A stretch of DNA of 64,000 nucleotides from an uncultured Actinomycetota bacterium (GTDB taxonomy: Bacteria; Actinomycetota; Actinomycetes; Streptosporangiales; Streptosporangiaceae), in NCBI GenBank assembly GCA_963743085.1, contig CAVUOU010000034.1, positions 3,679 to 67,678 of the forward strand, in the 5' to 3' direction. Under the pieces are notes generated by a model. It saw only the letters and a program-made list of their open reading frames with translations. It had not been told where the DNA came from and ran no database searches. Shown piece after piece: positions 9,609-18,694 of the stretch. The translations under genes were made by a program, and so were the position numbers. Every line of letters begins with the position of its first letter. The first letter of the stretch is position 1.

Positions 9609-10607
9609 TCAAGCAGATACTCGAGTCGGGGGACGGCACGTATAGAGAATCCTGTTGGTTAGGTCGTCCAGGCCAGCTTCGATCTGTTCAGGCCCAGTCG
9701 TCAGGTCCAGCCACCATGAGTGAATCCGGATGTTCACGTTCCGGATCGTCGCCAAGAAGTCGGTTGGGAGCGACACGGATGCTGCCTTGAGGGCATAAAC
9801 AAGCGCCACGTCTTTAACGTCGTGCCCGATCGCGTAAGAGAGCATCTGGGCGTAGTGGTCGACATGCGTTGTTCCGTCACTCGCCAGGACGTACTTCGAG
9901 TCCAGGACGAAGGCGGCTGACGACCCTCGCTGCACGACGATGTCGGGTCTGATGATGAGGCGGTTCTCGACGTCCAGATGCCGCTGCTCTTGGCCGACCA
10001 CCCGGATGGTGTTGTCGGCTGCCTGAAGCCGCTTTCTGAGTCCCTCTTCGAGGAACTGCTCGAATAGATTGTTCATGTCGACCAGGAAAGAACAGTCGCG
10101 TGTGTTGCCGGCGGCTTCTGACAGGCTGAGTCGCCGCAGCAGGAGAGCGCTCAACCGGACGGCCGGAAGATAGCGACGGTCAAGTCGGGTCGGTTCCCAG
10201 GTTTCTGCCCAATGAAGGTCCGGCTCCACGGGTACGACTTCTTCGAGCAGAGTGAGTTGGAGTTGCAGGGTTCTGCGTACGGTTCCCGGTATGCCTGGCA
10301 GTCGCAGAACGCGGGAAAGTGCTGCTCTGATCAGCTGATTCAGCTTCGTATCGGCGGTGTAGTCGTCGTATCGGCAGCGGACCGGGACGGGTGAAAAAGG
10401 GTGGCGGAGTTGTTCCCTGAGGTCGATCCGGCCGCGGAGGGCGACGAGAGGCTCCTGGCGTTCGACGTAGCCATGCTGAACTCCTCGCCCAATGGCGCGG
10501 TCAACTGTGTGCGCTAGCAGCCTGGCAATGCCCGCGAAAAGGTCGTGATGGATCAGCAGATCCACCTCTTCGTTGCCCCACCAGTCTCGCGGCCGTTCGA
10601 TACCCAC
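9609..10607 (-). CDS. McrC-family PD-(D/E)xK nuclease subunit homolog (no adjacent McrB GTPase)
   Basis: Colinear with E. coli McrC: Y..E..L.ALRGRIDL, RYDDYTADTKLNQLIRAALSRVLRL, FLVDMNNLFEQFL, and the catalytic core IRPDIVV...FVLDSKYV (D..hhhhD.KY). The N-terminal about 30 residues of EcoMcrC are absent. Start is GTG. Confidence 0.6.
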   Translation of the reverse strand: MGIERPRDWWGNEEVDLLIHHDLFAGIARLLAHTVDRAIGRGVQHGYVERQEPLVALRGRIDLREQLRHPFSPVPVRCRYDDYTADTKLNQLIRAALSRVLRLPGIPGTVRRTLQLQLTLLEEVVPVEPDLHWAETWEPTRLDRRYLPAVRLSALLLRRLSLSEAAGNTRDCSFLVDMNNLFEQFLEEGLRKRLQAADNTIRVVGQEQRHLDVENRLIIRPDIVVQRGSSAAFVLDSKYVLASDGTTHVDHYAQMLSYAIGHDVKDVALVYALKAASVSLPTDFLATIRNVNIRIHSWWLDLTTGPEQIEAGLDDLTNRILYTCRPPTRVSA

Positions 10608-10801
10608 TGATCATCGGTCGGCTTAGCGAACTTCAAGGCGAGTACGGTGGCGTGCGCTTGGACCGTTTCCGATCGTTCGAGTTGTATCGCCGCAACACGG
10701 CCGAACCCGAGATCGTGACCTACGACGAACTCCTCGCACGAGCCGAGTGGCATCTCGCTGTTAGGTAAAGCCGTGATACCGGCCTCTGGGCGACTGAACG
10801 C

Positions 10802-11353
10802 CTACAGGAGCCCGTACTGCCTCGCGTAGCCGGGAAATTCGGCACCCGTGCAGGGCAGCCTGTGTCCCGACGCTCGCAAGGCGTCGATTAGATTTCCGGC
10901 GGCGGGCTCCGAGAGTTTGCCATCGCGGCAGGCGCCCGCCAGCATCCAAATGGTCCCGTGTGCGTCTAGACCGTGGGCCCTAGCGACTCGTACCGCCCCT
11001 CGATCGTCGGTGATGGCAATCGCCGAACGTAGTTCGGCTGCCGCGAATACGCTGGCTTCCCCCAGGTCCCGCTCGCCCGAACCTAGGCGCTTTGTCCACA
11101 CTGCGAAATGCTTGATCTCGTCGAGAGTGTCGAGTTGGACGATCTTGAGCCAGTCAGCCGCAAGGACATCGTTCAGCGCTGGGTACGCGGTGACGCCTCG
11201 CCTGACTTCTTCTAGAACGACTCGGGTTGTCCAGCACTCCTTCCCGACCAGTAGGTCGCGAAGTACATCCAGTCGTTCCGTCCGAGCGAAATGGCTCAAG
11301 CACACGGCATCGAATACCCAAACCGAGCTGACGGCAGCCGCCTGCTCGGTCAT
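10802..11353 (-). CDS. PIN-like (DUF4411-like) putative nuclease, partner of the XRE-ImmA gene
   Basis: The start ATG overlaps the upstream gene stop (ATGA). VWVFDAVCLSHFARTERLDVLRDLL is a PIN-like first acidic motif. Size and pairing match DUF4411 proteins found next to COG2856 peptidases. Confidence 0.5.
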   Translation of the reverse strand: MTEQAAAVSSVWVFDAVCLSHFARTERLDVLRDLLVGKECWTTRVVLEEVRRGVTAYPALNDVLAADWLKIVQLDTLDEIKHFAVWTKRLGSGERDLGEASVFAAAELRSAIAITDDRGAVRVARAHGLDAHGTIWMLAGACRDGKLSEPAAGNLIDALRASGHRLPCTGAEFPGYARQYGLL

Positions 11354-12468
11354 GGTTCGATATCTTCCTCGGTACACGCAGGCAGGTCGGCTGCGGTGAT
11401 CTGCCCGTGCATGAGTTCAACGGCCCTCGATGCGGTGACGGCGCCCTTCTTCCAGGCTTCCATGACGGCATGGGCATAACCGGGAGGCACTCGTATAGCT
11501 TCGAGATCCGGTTGCGGCGCCCATCCCAAGGCTTCCATGAACTCGCCCCGCGTAGGAGAGACCTTTCCCCAGTCGCGGCGGGTCGGCCCGCTGAGGACTC
11601 CCGCGCGGGCGGCTTGCCTGATCGCCAGCGACCACGACGTCCGATAGTGGGCCGCGAGTCCGATGAGCTGATCCCGGTCCATGGTCTCTGACGCGCCGAG
11701 TTCAGCCGTCACGACCTGCGAGGGGAGTAGCAGTTCCGCTGCGAATGTGTCGAGCAACGCCTCTCGGTCTCCTCGCGACGTGTGGACACCGAGATCACTG
11801 GAGTATTCATCACCGACGACGAGGTGGCCGAGTTCGTGAGCAGCGGTGGCACGGCGACGCCCTGGATCTCCTCGGCGGCTGATGACCGCGACCGCCACGT
11901 CGCCATCGACCATCGATGCGCCTTCTCCTGGAACGTCGGTGACCAGGACGTACTGGCCAGCTCGTTCGCAAAGATCCACCATCGAGTCGATTGGCTTGGT
12001 GTGAACGCCCAGTTGCTCTCGAACCCCTAGCGCGACTTCGCGAGCAGCGGCCTCGGAGTCGACCGGCGTCTTGGCCCGCAAGAGAGGTCCTGGCCGCAGC
12101 GTACCCAGCTTGACCATCTGCTGCACGTCATGCAGCCATGCCACCAGAGTCAGGTCTAGACGCCCAGACTCTCGTGCTGCTTCGGTGTCCGCGTCTTCGG
12201 TCACGACACCAGAGCGGTGCGACAAGATGAGGGGCGTGGGCTGGAGCAATAGTTCAACTGGCACCTGAAGCGCAGACGACAGTCTGATCAGCTCCATGGC
12301 ATCTATGCGCCGGTGCCCGGACTCGATCTTGACGATCATTGTGCGGTCCAAGCCTGCCTTGCTGCCGAGCTCCTCTTGAGTAAGGCCTGCGGCCAGACGA
12401 GCGATGCGCATGCGCTCTCCGACATCTGCCCACTCAGCGTCGCCACTCATAGTTCGATAATCGCACAT
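11350..12468 (-). CDS. XRE-family HTH fused to ImmA/IrrE-family (COG2856) zinc metallopeptidase
   Basis: N-terminal HTH_3 (MRIARLAAGLTQEELGSKAGLDRTMIVKIESGHRRIDAMELIRLSSAL). HEXXH motif ATAAHELGHLVVGDEY. 372 aa. Confidence 0.7.
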   Translation of the reverse strand: MCDYRTMSGDAEWADVGERMRIARLAAGLTQEELGSKAGLDRTMIVKIESGHRRIDAMELIRLSSALQVPVELLLQPTPLILSHRSGVVTEDADTEAARESGRLDLTLVAWLHDVQQMVKLGTLRPGPLLRAKTPVDSEAAAREVALGVREQLGVHTKPIDSMVDLCERAGQYVLVTDVPGEGASMVDGDVAVAVISRRGDPGRRRATAAHELGHLVVGDEYSSDLGVHTSRGDREALLDTFAAELLLPSQVVTAELGASETMDRDQLIGLAAHYRTSWSLAIRQAARAGVLSGPTRRDWGKVSPTRGEFMEALGWAPQPDLEAIRVPPGYAHAVMEAWKKGAVTASRAVELMHGQITAADLPACTEEDIEP

Positions 12469-12609
12469 CCGCCTCGTGAGCGCGAACGAGACCCGCCGCC
12501 AGGGAGGCCTGCCTCGATAAGGAGGCCAGCGGGCCGACGGTCAGTCCGCGCCTGTTTCCGATTGCCTTGACTGCGCAATGTGTTCGATATTAGAAACGAA
12601 TAGTATGAG

Positions 12610-12645
12610 AGGACCGTCGAGGTGCGGGAACACCTCGACGGTCCT
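12610..12645. other. perfect 15-bp-stem hairpin (aggaccgtcgaggtg / cgggaa / cacctcgacggtcct)
   Basis: Read directly from the sequence. Lies between the island and the repeat remnant. Confidence 0.6.
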
Positions 12646-12689
12646 AGTCATCAACTCCAACACAACTGGAGGACGACATGGGACCCATC

Positions 12690-12900
12690 AAATCATGAGC
12701 GATCGAGAACTCGTCGATGGTGTCGCGTCGGTTAGCCACGCCATCCCTGGCGTCCCCAACGTCACCAGGCTGTGGATGGGTGTCCGGGGAATGGAGAAGC
12801 GTTACGTCTTCTCCGGGAAGCCCTACCAGCGCTTCTTGTAAAAGGAGTTCGTGAAGGCGTGGAAACGATCGGGTCGGTAGCTCAGCTTTGGGCGGCCAGG
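12690..12900 (+). repeat. degenerate second copy of the 3' module of gene 25974..27464 (about 85% nt identity to 27030..27225)
   Basis: Encodes ELVDGVASVSHAIPGVPNVTRLWMGVRGMEKRYVFSGKPYQRFL*KEFVKAWKRSGR. The second copy encodes ELVEGVASVSHSIPGVPNVTGLWMGVREVEKRYVFAGKPFQRFLYKEFVKAWKRSGR. This copy carries an internal stop and no upstream coding context. Confidence 0.6.
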
Positions 12901-13738
12901 TGGCGTTCGAGGATGGTGCGGCTCTCGGTCGGGTCCGCGGCCACAGTGGTCTCGATGTGAGTCCAGATGTCATACAGCGCGTCACCAGAGGCTAGTCGGA
13001 CGCCAATGACTGCGGGATAGGCGACGCCAATCCGATCGTTAGTGCCTGCGAAAGACAAAATCTCGAAGAGGTGGCCGCGGCTCTCGAAGAAAGCGGCGTC
13101 CTTGGGGATGATGCACACTGTGGCATGCGGGCTGTGGCTTAGTGCGAGCAGGTGACGGAGCTGCCCGGCCATGATGTCTGGACGATTCAACCGCTCGAAA
13201 GCGGTCTCGTCGATGATCACGTCGAGAAGCCGGGTAGCCGCGGCCGGGTGATGCGTCTGGCGATGGTAGAGCAGGTCCCATTCCTGATCGACGTCGCAGT
13301 CGAGGAAGACATACGGCGCGATCTCGCGGAAGTAGCCTTCGGTCTGGACCAGGTAGGGGATCAGCAGAAGGCCGTGGACCTGGGCGAGGGTGGCCTCTGC
13401 TTCGAGCAAGAGCACGTCCCTGGTGTCTGCGGTCATCCGGGCGTGTGCGCGGCGAGCCAGGGTGGCGGGGAAGCCACGCGCCGAGCCATGTCGATAATCA
13501 TGTCGGAGGCTCCGGCTTCCCGTACGCCGTACTCGACAAGGATGCGTGCGACTTCCTCGGAGCTCGCTACCCCGAATCCGGTCTCTAGGCGAACCAGCCA
13601 GTCAGACCCGCGGCCCAGTCGCGCTGCGGCCTCGTCGTAGGTCAGGCACGCGACTTCCCGGGCCGTCTCGAGCATCGATCCCAGAGTGCCCGGACGGTTC
13701 GCGGTGCTGCTCGACGCGAACTCGGCCGGTGAGACCAC
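12882..13738 (-). pseudogene. XRE-HTH / DUF5753 (Scr1-like) regulator, frameshifted between the HTH and DUF5753 parts
   Basis: 13433..13738 encodes an XRE-like HTH. 12882..13436 encodes the DUF5753-like C-terminal domain in a different frame. The DUF397 partner gene expected downstream is absent. Confidence 0.55.
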
Positions 13739-13753
13739 GTTCTCCCAGGGCGT

Positions 13754-14547
13754 TCACCTGGCGCGGGCGAATAGTGCCCCCTGCGGCGTTGCCCGGTCTG
13801 GCTGGAGGATTTCGCCTCGTTCGATCGCGCCGGTCCGAAGCAGAACAGTGTAGGCGATCTCGGCGGAGTGCCTTGCTGTCCACTTGGTCATCGGTAAGCC
13901 ATCGCGGAAACCGTAGCCGAACTTCTCTAGCCAGTCGGTGGCGAACTGAAGCGGGTCCTCGGGCAGTTGCGCGGCCACCGCGGTGAGCAACAGTACGGTT
14001 GCCTGCAACTCCAGCCGTTGTGCACGGCGGGGTGGCACGTTTGCCGCTAGGTCCCACCAGAGCTTGACCGGGTCGTTGCGGACCGCGCGTCCGCTCGGGG
14101 TAGCGAGCAGGATGCCGCGTTCCTTGCGCAGTAGACCGGTTTTCATTGCAGACTCACGCAGTTCCAGAACGGGGAGAGTCTGGTTCTCCCGGTTGTGCTT
14201 GCCGATCCACTCGTCCCAGAGCCCGAGTTCGGCAACGGTGGCCTCGACGACCTTGGGCGGAAGGAACCCAGCAGCGGTCAGCTTTATCCCGTCGCTGACC
14301 TGGTCCAGCAGCCACGTGTACGGCGCACCATTCGGGTCGCGACCTGCGCGTCAACGAGGACCGGGTCTCCCAGTTTGGCTAGGAGCATCGACCTCAGCAG
14401 CTCGATCTGGAGGAGCGGGTCTTGCAGCACCGACACCACATCGTTGACCTGTTCGGCGAGAGTAGCTCGGAAACTTGGGTAGCCGAGGTTTTCCCAGGAC
14501 TTGTCCATGCTGGTCACCGTACCGGCGTGCGGGCTCTCCGTGAGCAT
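13754..14547 (-). pseudogene. hypothetical protein (about 264 aa) with a frameshift near 14300
   Basis: ORF 14284..14547 continues in the -1 frame into ORF 13754..14146 (..APYTWLLDQVSDGIKLTAAGFLPPKVVEATVAELGLWDEWIGKHNRENQTLPVLELRESAMKTGLLRK..). No family recognised. Confidence 0.35.
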
Positions 14548-14572
14548 GACGGCAATCTATGGGTGACAGCCA

Positions 14573-15310
14573 TCACACCGCCTTGCTGGCGCCGTTCGCA
14601 TCGGGCACTAGAACGCGCATCTGCAAGGCTGCCACGAGGTCTTGGCGCTCATAGCTGGCGAAGACGTTGGTGAGCTGCCCGAGTAGCAGCGTCTTCTCCG
14701 CGGGACTAAGCTCCGCGAGGAACTGCGCGACGAGACCGGGAACTACGTCCTTGTCAGCAGCGCTTGCACTGGACTCCGCGATGCCCTGCACGACCGTCTC
14801 GAATTGGTTCTCCTTGTCTGCTAGGGCGAGAAGCTTGCCCGGGTCACCATCGAACCACCACAGCCGGGCGGTGGCGGTATCGGCAAGGAACACGTCGCGC
14901 AGCTTCACCAGCCGGTCCCGCTGAGCCTCGAGTTCCGCGTCGGCGAGCATGGCCGCGCGATCGATGGAAGCCCGTCGTTCCGCATATTCAAGGTCATCGG
15001 CGGTTACGGTCAGCGTCACGTGTGCGGCCATCAGCGTGGCGCCAGTGCCTGGTATTTCCTGGGGCACCGCGAGACGATGGTTGACTTCGTCCTGGGCGGC
15101 GCTTGCGTCAAGCACCGAGTACTGGCGGGTGACCTTATTCGCGTCCTCAACCAGGTAGCGGAATACCGCCGCCCCGTCCTCCGGGGACGACACCCAGCGG
15201 GCAGACACCGTGGCGGTGAACCACGCTGCGGTCAGCAGGCGACTGGCCAGCCGGTATGGTCCCGCGTTGGCGTTGCAGCCAGGATCCGCGTAAGCACGCT
15301 GCCATCTCAT
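14573..15310 (-). CDS. hypothetical protein, co-operonic with the NTPase (4-nt overlap)
   Basis: Coding-like 245-aa ORF. ATGA-type overlap with 15307..17217. Confidence 0.4.
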   Translation of the reverse strand: MRWQRAYADPGCNANAGPYRLASRLLTAAWFTATVSARWVSSPEDGAAVFRYLVEDANKVTRQYSVLDASAAQDEVNHRLAVPQEIPGTGATLMAAHVTLTVTADDLEYAERRASIDRAAMLADAELEAQRDRLVKLRDVFLADTATARLWWFDGDPGKLLALADKENQFETVVQGIAESSASAADKDVVPGLVAQFLAELSPAEKTLLLGQLTNVFASYERQDLVAALQMRVLVPDANGASKAV

Positions 15311-17217
15311 ACGTTGGCCTCCGCGATCGCGGTATAAATTTTAGCCGGCGAGAGCCCGGGTGTGAGCGGGTCGCGAGCCGCTACCTTCCGCATGAGCTCG
15401 TCGTTGATGGTCTCACGGGGAATCGGGGCTGGATCGGTGTCCGCTTTCGCCCATTGCCAGGTCGCATTCGACAGAATGCCGATGTCATGGCTGCTATGGC
15501 AGGCGTCGGCCAGTGTGGTGGTCACAACCTCGTGAGATACCTTTCCCTGGGCGGCCGCCTCCAGCCATTCGACGCAGGCATCCCGCGCGGCGGCGACGTA
15601 GTCAGGGTCATGGAACGCGGCGCGCCAGCCCTCGGCGAGCAACTCGCGCCGGTCACGGCTGGAGAGCAGATCAGCGTCAGGAACGGCCAGCGCGAGAAAC
15701 ACCCGGATGCCGGTCGTGCGCAGGGGCTCGGGTTGCTCGATCCACCAGATTGTCTCCCGCAGCGTCTGGGTCCGCAGATGAGGCTCGTCAGCGAGCGACT
15801 GCAATGCCATCGTGACGCGCTCATACACGCCGGTGTCGCCGTTCCGGACGAGGTGACGCAGCCGCGTCATCGCGTTCCGCGGGAAGCTCTTGCCGAGCGG
15901 GCCGCCGCAGACGTCGGCGATGGTGAGCTTGAGGCTCTGCGTGGTTCCCGAGCGGGTCGCCCAACGGTACATGGCCTGGCGGATGCTGCTTCCGATAGTC
16001 GCGCTTACGCCCGCCTCTGTTAGTGCGTCAGCAGCTAGCTCCCGGCTTGCCGACTGCTCCGCCCATGTGCCAGCCGCATGGGTAATGAGTGCGGCGTCAC
16101 CGTGCCGGATGGCGAGATCGATCAGGCTGTAGGCGGCCTTGGCACCCGCTGGGTCGCGGAGTGATGTGGGCAGGTCAATGAGCCAGCGCTCCAGGTCGCC
16201 TCGCAAATGCAGACGATCGGTCCACACGTGTTCAAGCACAGAGGCGGCGTAGGCGGGGCGGGGAAGCTTTATCGTACCGTCGATGATCACCGCGTCGATC
16301 TCGGCGATGAGCTTGCCGGCACCGTCCCCGACGAGTCCTCCGCCGGGCGGCCGCTCGAATTTCACCCGGTCGATGAGCTGATCGGCAGCTCTGAAAACCG
16401 CTCCCGCGGCCGCGCCATCCAGAGAGGCAGCCGAGAGTAGCAGCGCTCGCTCGTATCCGTCGGTGTGCTTGCCGAACCAGACGCTCAGCTCATCGGACCA
16501 GTTTCGATATGCCGAGATAGCCTCGTGAAGGGGGTCGTCGCTATGTGCGGTGATCGCGTCGTTCCCAAGCTTTGCCAAACGTGCGGCGTCCGCCGGGCTC
16601 GCATCGTTTAGCAGATCCAGGACCTGGGGTCGCTGTGACCAGTCGTCAGCGACGGCCGGTGCGAGGTGGGTTCTCAGCACGTCGGCCGGATTCGGCGAGA
16701 TGATGGGGACAGAACGCATACGCGGCCCAAGCAGATTCCGGGTGGCAGGGGTCGTCGTCACCACGAGGTAGGCGCCGACCTTGGCGAGCTGATGGGCATA
16801 GCGAGGGAGGAGTTCGCTGAGCTCAGGCATTCCTCGCCCCATCTGATCATCGATGGCCACGATGTAGCCGTCGCCGCTCTTCGCGGGCAGCTCGCGCCGG
16901 TCGTCACCGGGGTCGAGGTCAACCCGATGGGGGATCGCGCCAAGCTCGGTGATCACGGCAACCGCAGTGACCAGTCGGCCAGACCCGGGCTGGCCGGTCA
17001 GCACAACGGCGTTCGCGGATCTTAGGGCATCAACCGCTTGGTCGGCCGATGCGGTACGTACATATACGGTCCGCAGTCGTGTGAGCTCTTCCAGGTCCAG
17101 CGCGTGCGCTTCGACCAGCTCCCGGACCCGCTGGACGATGTTTATGGTGTCGGCATTCAGTTGCTGCCCGTCGCCAGTGTTCTGATAGAACCTGGCAGGC
17201 TCGTCGATATCCGTCAC
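15307..17217 (-). CDS. STAND/NB-ARC-like P-loop NTPase with degenerate Walker A and C-terminal helical repeats
   Basis: Walker A is degenerate (VVLTGQPGSGRLVTA, K to R and T to L). Walker B GYIVAIDD about 40 aa later. hhhhTTT sensor-like motif YLVVTTTPATR. N-terminus is ARFYQNTGDGQQLNADTINIV. 636 aa. Confidence 0.55.
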   Translation of the reverse strand: MTDIDEPARFYQNTGDGQQLNADTINIVQRVRELVEAHALDLEELTRLRTVYVRTASADQAVDALRSANAVVLTGQPGSGRLVTAVAVITELGAIPHRVDLDPGDDRRELPAKSGDGYIVAIDDQMGRGMPELSELLPRYAHQLAKVGAYLVVTTTPATRNLLGPRMRSVPIISPNPADVLRTHLAPAVADDWSQRPQVLDLLNDASPADAARLAKLGNDAITAHSDDPLHEAISAYRNWSDELSVWFGKHTDGYERALLLSAASLDGAAAGAVFRAADQLIDRVKFERPPGGGLVGDGAGKLIAEIDAVIIDGTIKLPRPAYAASVLEHVWTDRLHLRGDLERWLIDLPTSLRDPAGAKAAYSLIDLAIRHGDAALITHAAGTWAEQSASRELAADALTEAGVSATIGSSIRQAMYRWATRSGTTQSLKLTIADVCGGPLGKSFPRNAMTRLRHLVRNGDTGVYERVTMALQSLADEPHLRTQTLRETIWWIEQPEPLRTTGIRVFLALAVPDADLLSSRDRRELLAEGWRAAFHDPDYVAAARDACVEWLEAAAQGKVSHEVVTTTLADACHSSHDIGILSNATWQWAKADTDPAPIPRETINDELMRKVAARDPLTPGLSPAKIYTAIAEANV

Positions 17218-17990
17218 GATGACCGGCCCCCGTATGTGATTGGTGCGGAGATGGTGTCGGCGTTGATCTGCTGGCCAGCTCCGGTGTTCTGGTAGAACCG
17301 GCCCGCCTTCGGCGGTTCACTGGAGTCGACGAGGGTGGCTGTCGCCGCCTGGGTCTCGGGGGCTGACGATCGCGATGGGCGCGGCACGTAGATCCAGGCA
17401 GGTTCGGCGAAGTCCTTGCCCGGCACCTCGGCTGTCACCTGATCGAACCGATCGGGATGCAACACTGATGTGTAGCCGCCACGGACGACATCATCGAAGA
17501 CGCGCTGCGAAACGATCGCGGCGAGCAGCGTTACATCGTGGTTGGAGCGGTTGAGGGCATCGCGCAGGGCGGTGGAGTCCAGAAGGCGGCATGCGACGTT
17601 CGTTGGAGTGCCAATGCGATCCCGCAGTTCGTCGCCTGCGTCTGGTACTGGGCCGATGTTGACGGACACTCGCAGCCGGAGCCGCAGCGCACGGTCGAGT
17701 GCCCGCAATTCCTCATCGGTCTCGGCCAGAACATCATGGAGCGTGTCGAGGACAGGGTGTAGCAGAAACGGCACGTCGGTCGGCATAGTTCCGAACAGGT
17801 ACCCGTCGCCGGTCCCCTGGGGGAAACGGCGTTGCTCCCAGATGCCCGGGAGCTGGCACCGCTCGAACGTCACCTTGAGCACGCGCTGAATGGTGGCGCT
17901 CAGGTCGGGCTGGCGGGCACTCGGGTTGGCGGTGAACCGTACGGTATCGACGGCGAAGATGCCTCGATACGGGGGAAGTGGTTCTGACAT
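17214..17990 (-). CDS. class III nucleotidyl (adenylyl/guanylyl) cyclase-like domain protein
   Basis: Metal-binding motifs GIFAVDTVRFTA and QGTGDGYLF. LRLRVSVNIGPVPDAG and GTPTNVACRLLDS carry the transition-state N/R arrangement of PF00211-type cyclases. The C-terminus ends RFYQNTGAGQQINADTI. Confidence 0.55.
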   Translation of the reverse strand: MSEPLPPYRGIFAVDTVRFTANPSARQPDLSATIQRVLKVTFERCQLPGIWEQRRFPQGTGDGYLFGTMPTDVPFLLHPVLDTLHDVLAETDEELRALDRALRLRLRVSVNIGPVPDAGDELRDRIGTPTNVACRLLDSTALRDALNRSNHDVTLLAAIVSQRVFDDVVRGGYTSVLHPDRFDQVTAEVPGKDFAEPAWIYVPRPSRSSAPETQAATATLVDSSEPPKAGRFYQNTGAGQQINADTISAPITYGGRSS

Positions 17991-18694
17991 ACCACGAAGG
18001 TGCCGCATCGCGGCGAACCCTTCTGTCCAGGAATAGACACTAACGCTAGCCCATCCGCGACGGCCGCGAGGCCGAGGGCGTCGGCTATCCAGATCCTGCG
18101 GCGGCCGGTTCGCACCAGTGCGTGGCGGCGAAGCCAGGCGAGCTCGCTGGCCACAGCGGATCGTGACATTCCCGCGGTCGTCGCGAGGTCGGACTGGGTG
18201 AGAACGCAGCAGCCACCCGGGGATAGGCGCAACAGCGAGCGTGCGAGCCGACGACGGGCAGGCAGCCCGGTCAGCTCGGCACGGATCTCCTCGCTCTCCC
18301 GTAGCCGCGCGATCACATGGCAGAAAACGAGGTCGCCAAGGGTGAAGTCACTAACGATCTTCCTGAAGCGTGCGTCCGGCAGGATGTACGTCACGCATGG
18401 GGAAAGAGCTGTGATGGTAGCGGAGCGCCGTCGATGGTCCAGATACGAGAGATCCCCGATGAGCTCGCCTCGTCCCCGAACGGCGAGCACGAGTTCGTGC
18501 CCGTCGGGTTCCAGGTGCGTGACCTTGACCAGGCCATGGGTCAGCGCGAGTACGAAACGCCCTTCGTCCCCCTGCCGTACGAGGATCTCGCCAGTGGCGT
18601 ACTGCCGGGGTGATCCGTTCACCAGGGTTGCGTGCCATGCTTGCAGCGGCATGAGGGCACCGAGTCCCTGGAGTCCGTCGTGCTCCACATTCAT
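17900..18694 (-). CDS. Crp/Fnr-family transcriptional regulator (cNMP-binding domain + HTH)
   Basis: cNMP-binding beta-roll GEILVRQGDEGRFVLALTHGLVKV...GRGELIGDLSYLD. HTH LTQSDLATTAGMSRSAVASELAWLRRHALV. An unusual about 50-aa C-terminal tail overlaps the cyclase gene start. Confidence 0.65.
   Translation of the reverse strand: MNVEHDGLQGLGALMPLQAWHATLVNGSPRQYATGEILVRQGDEGRFVLALTHGLVKVTHLEPDGHELVLAVRGRGELIGDLSYLDHRRRSATITALSPCVTYILPDARFRKIVSDFTLGDLVFCHVIARLRESEEIRAELTGLPARRRLARSLLRLSPGGCCVLTQSDLATTAGMSRSAVASELAWLRRHALVRTGRRRIWIADALGLAAVADGLALVSIPGQKGSPRCGTFVVCQNHFPRIEASSPSIPYGSPPTRVPASPT

Noticed and set aside
10553-10753. 66-aa minus-strand ORF overlapping the McrC-like start
   Set aside because: No similarity to the McrB C-terminus or anything else. 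Likely a chance ORF, though it could be a remnant of a deleted upstream gene.
12578-12841. 87-aa plus-strand ORF containing the repeat remnant
   Set aside because: The start lies in non-homologous sequence, and the conserved module is only the C-terminal piece of a longer protein. Treated as a repeat or pseudogene fragment, not a gene.
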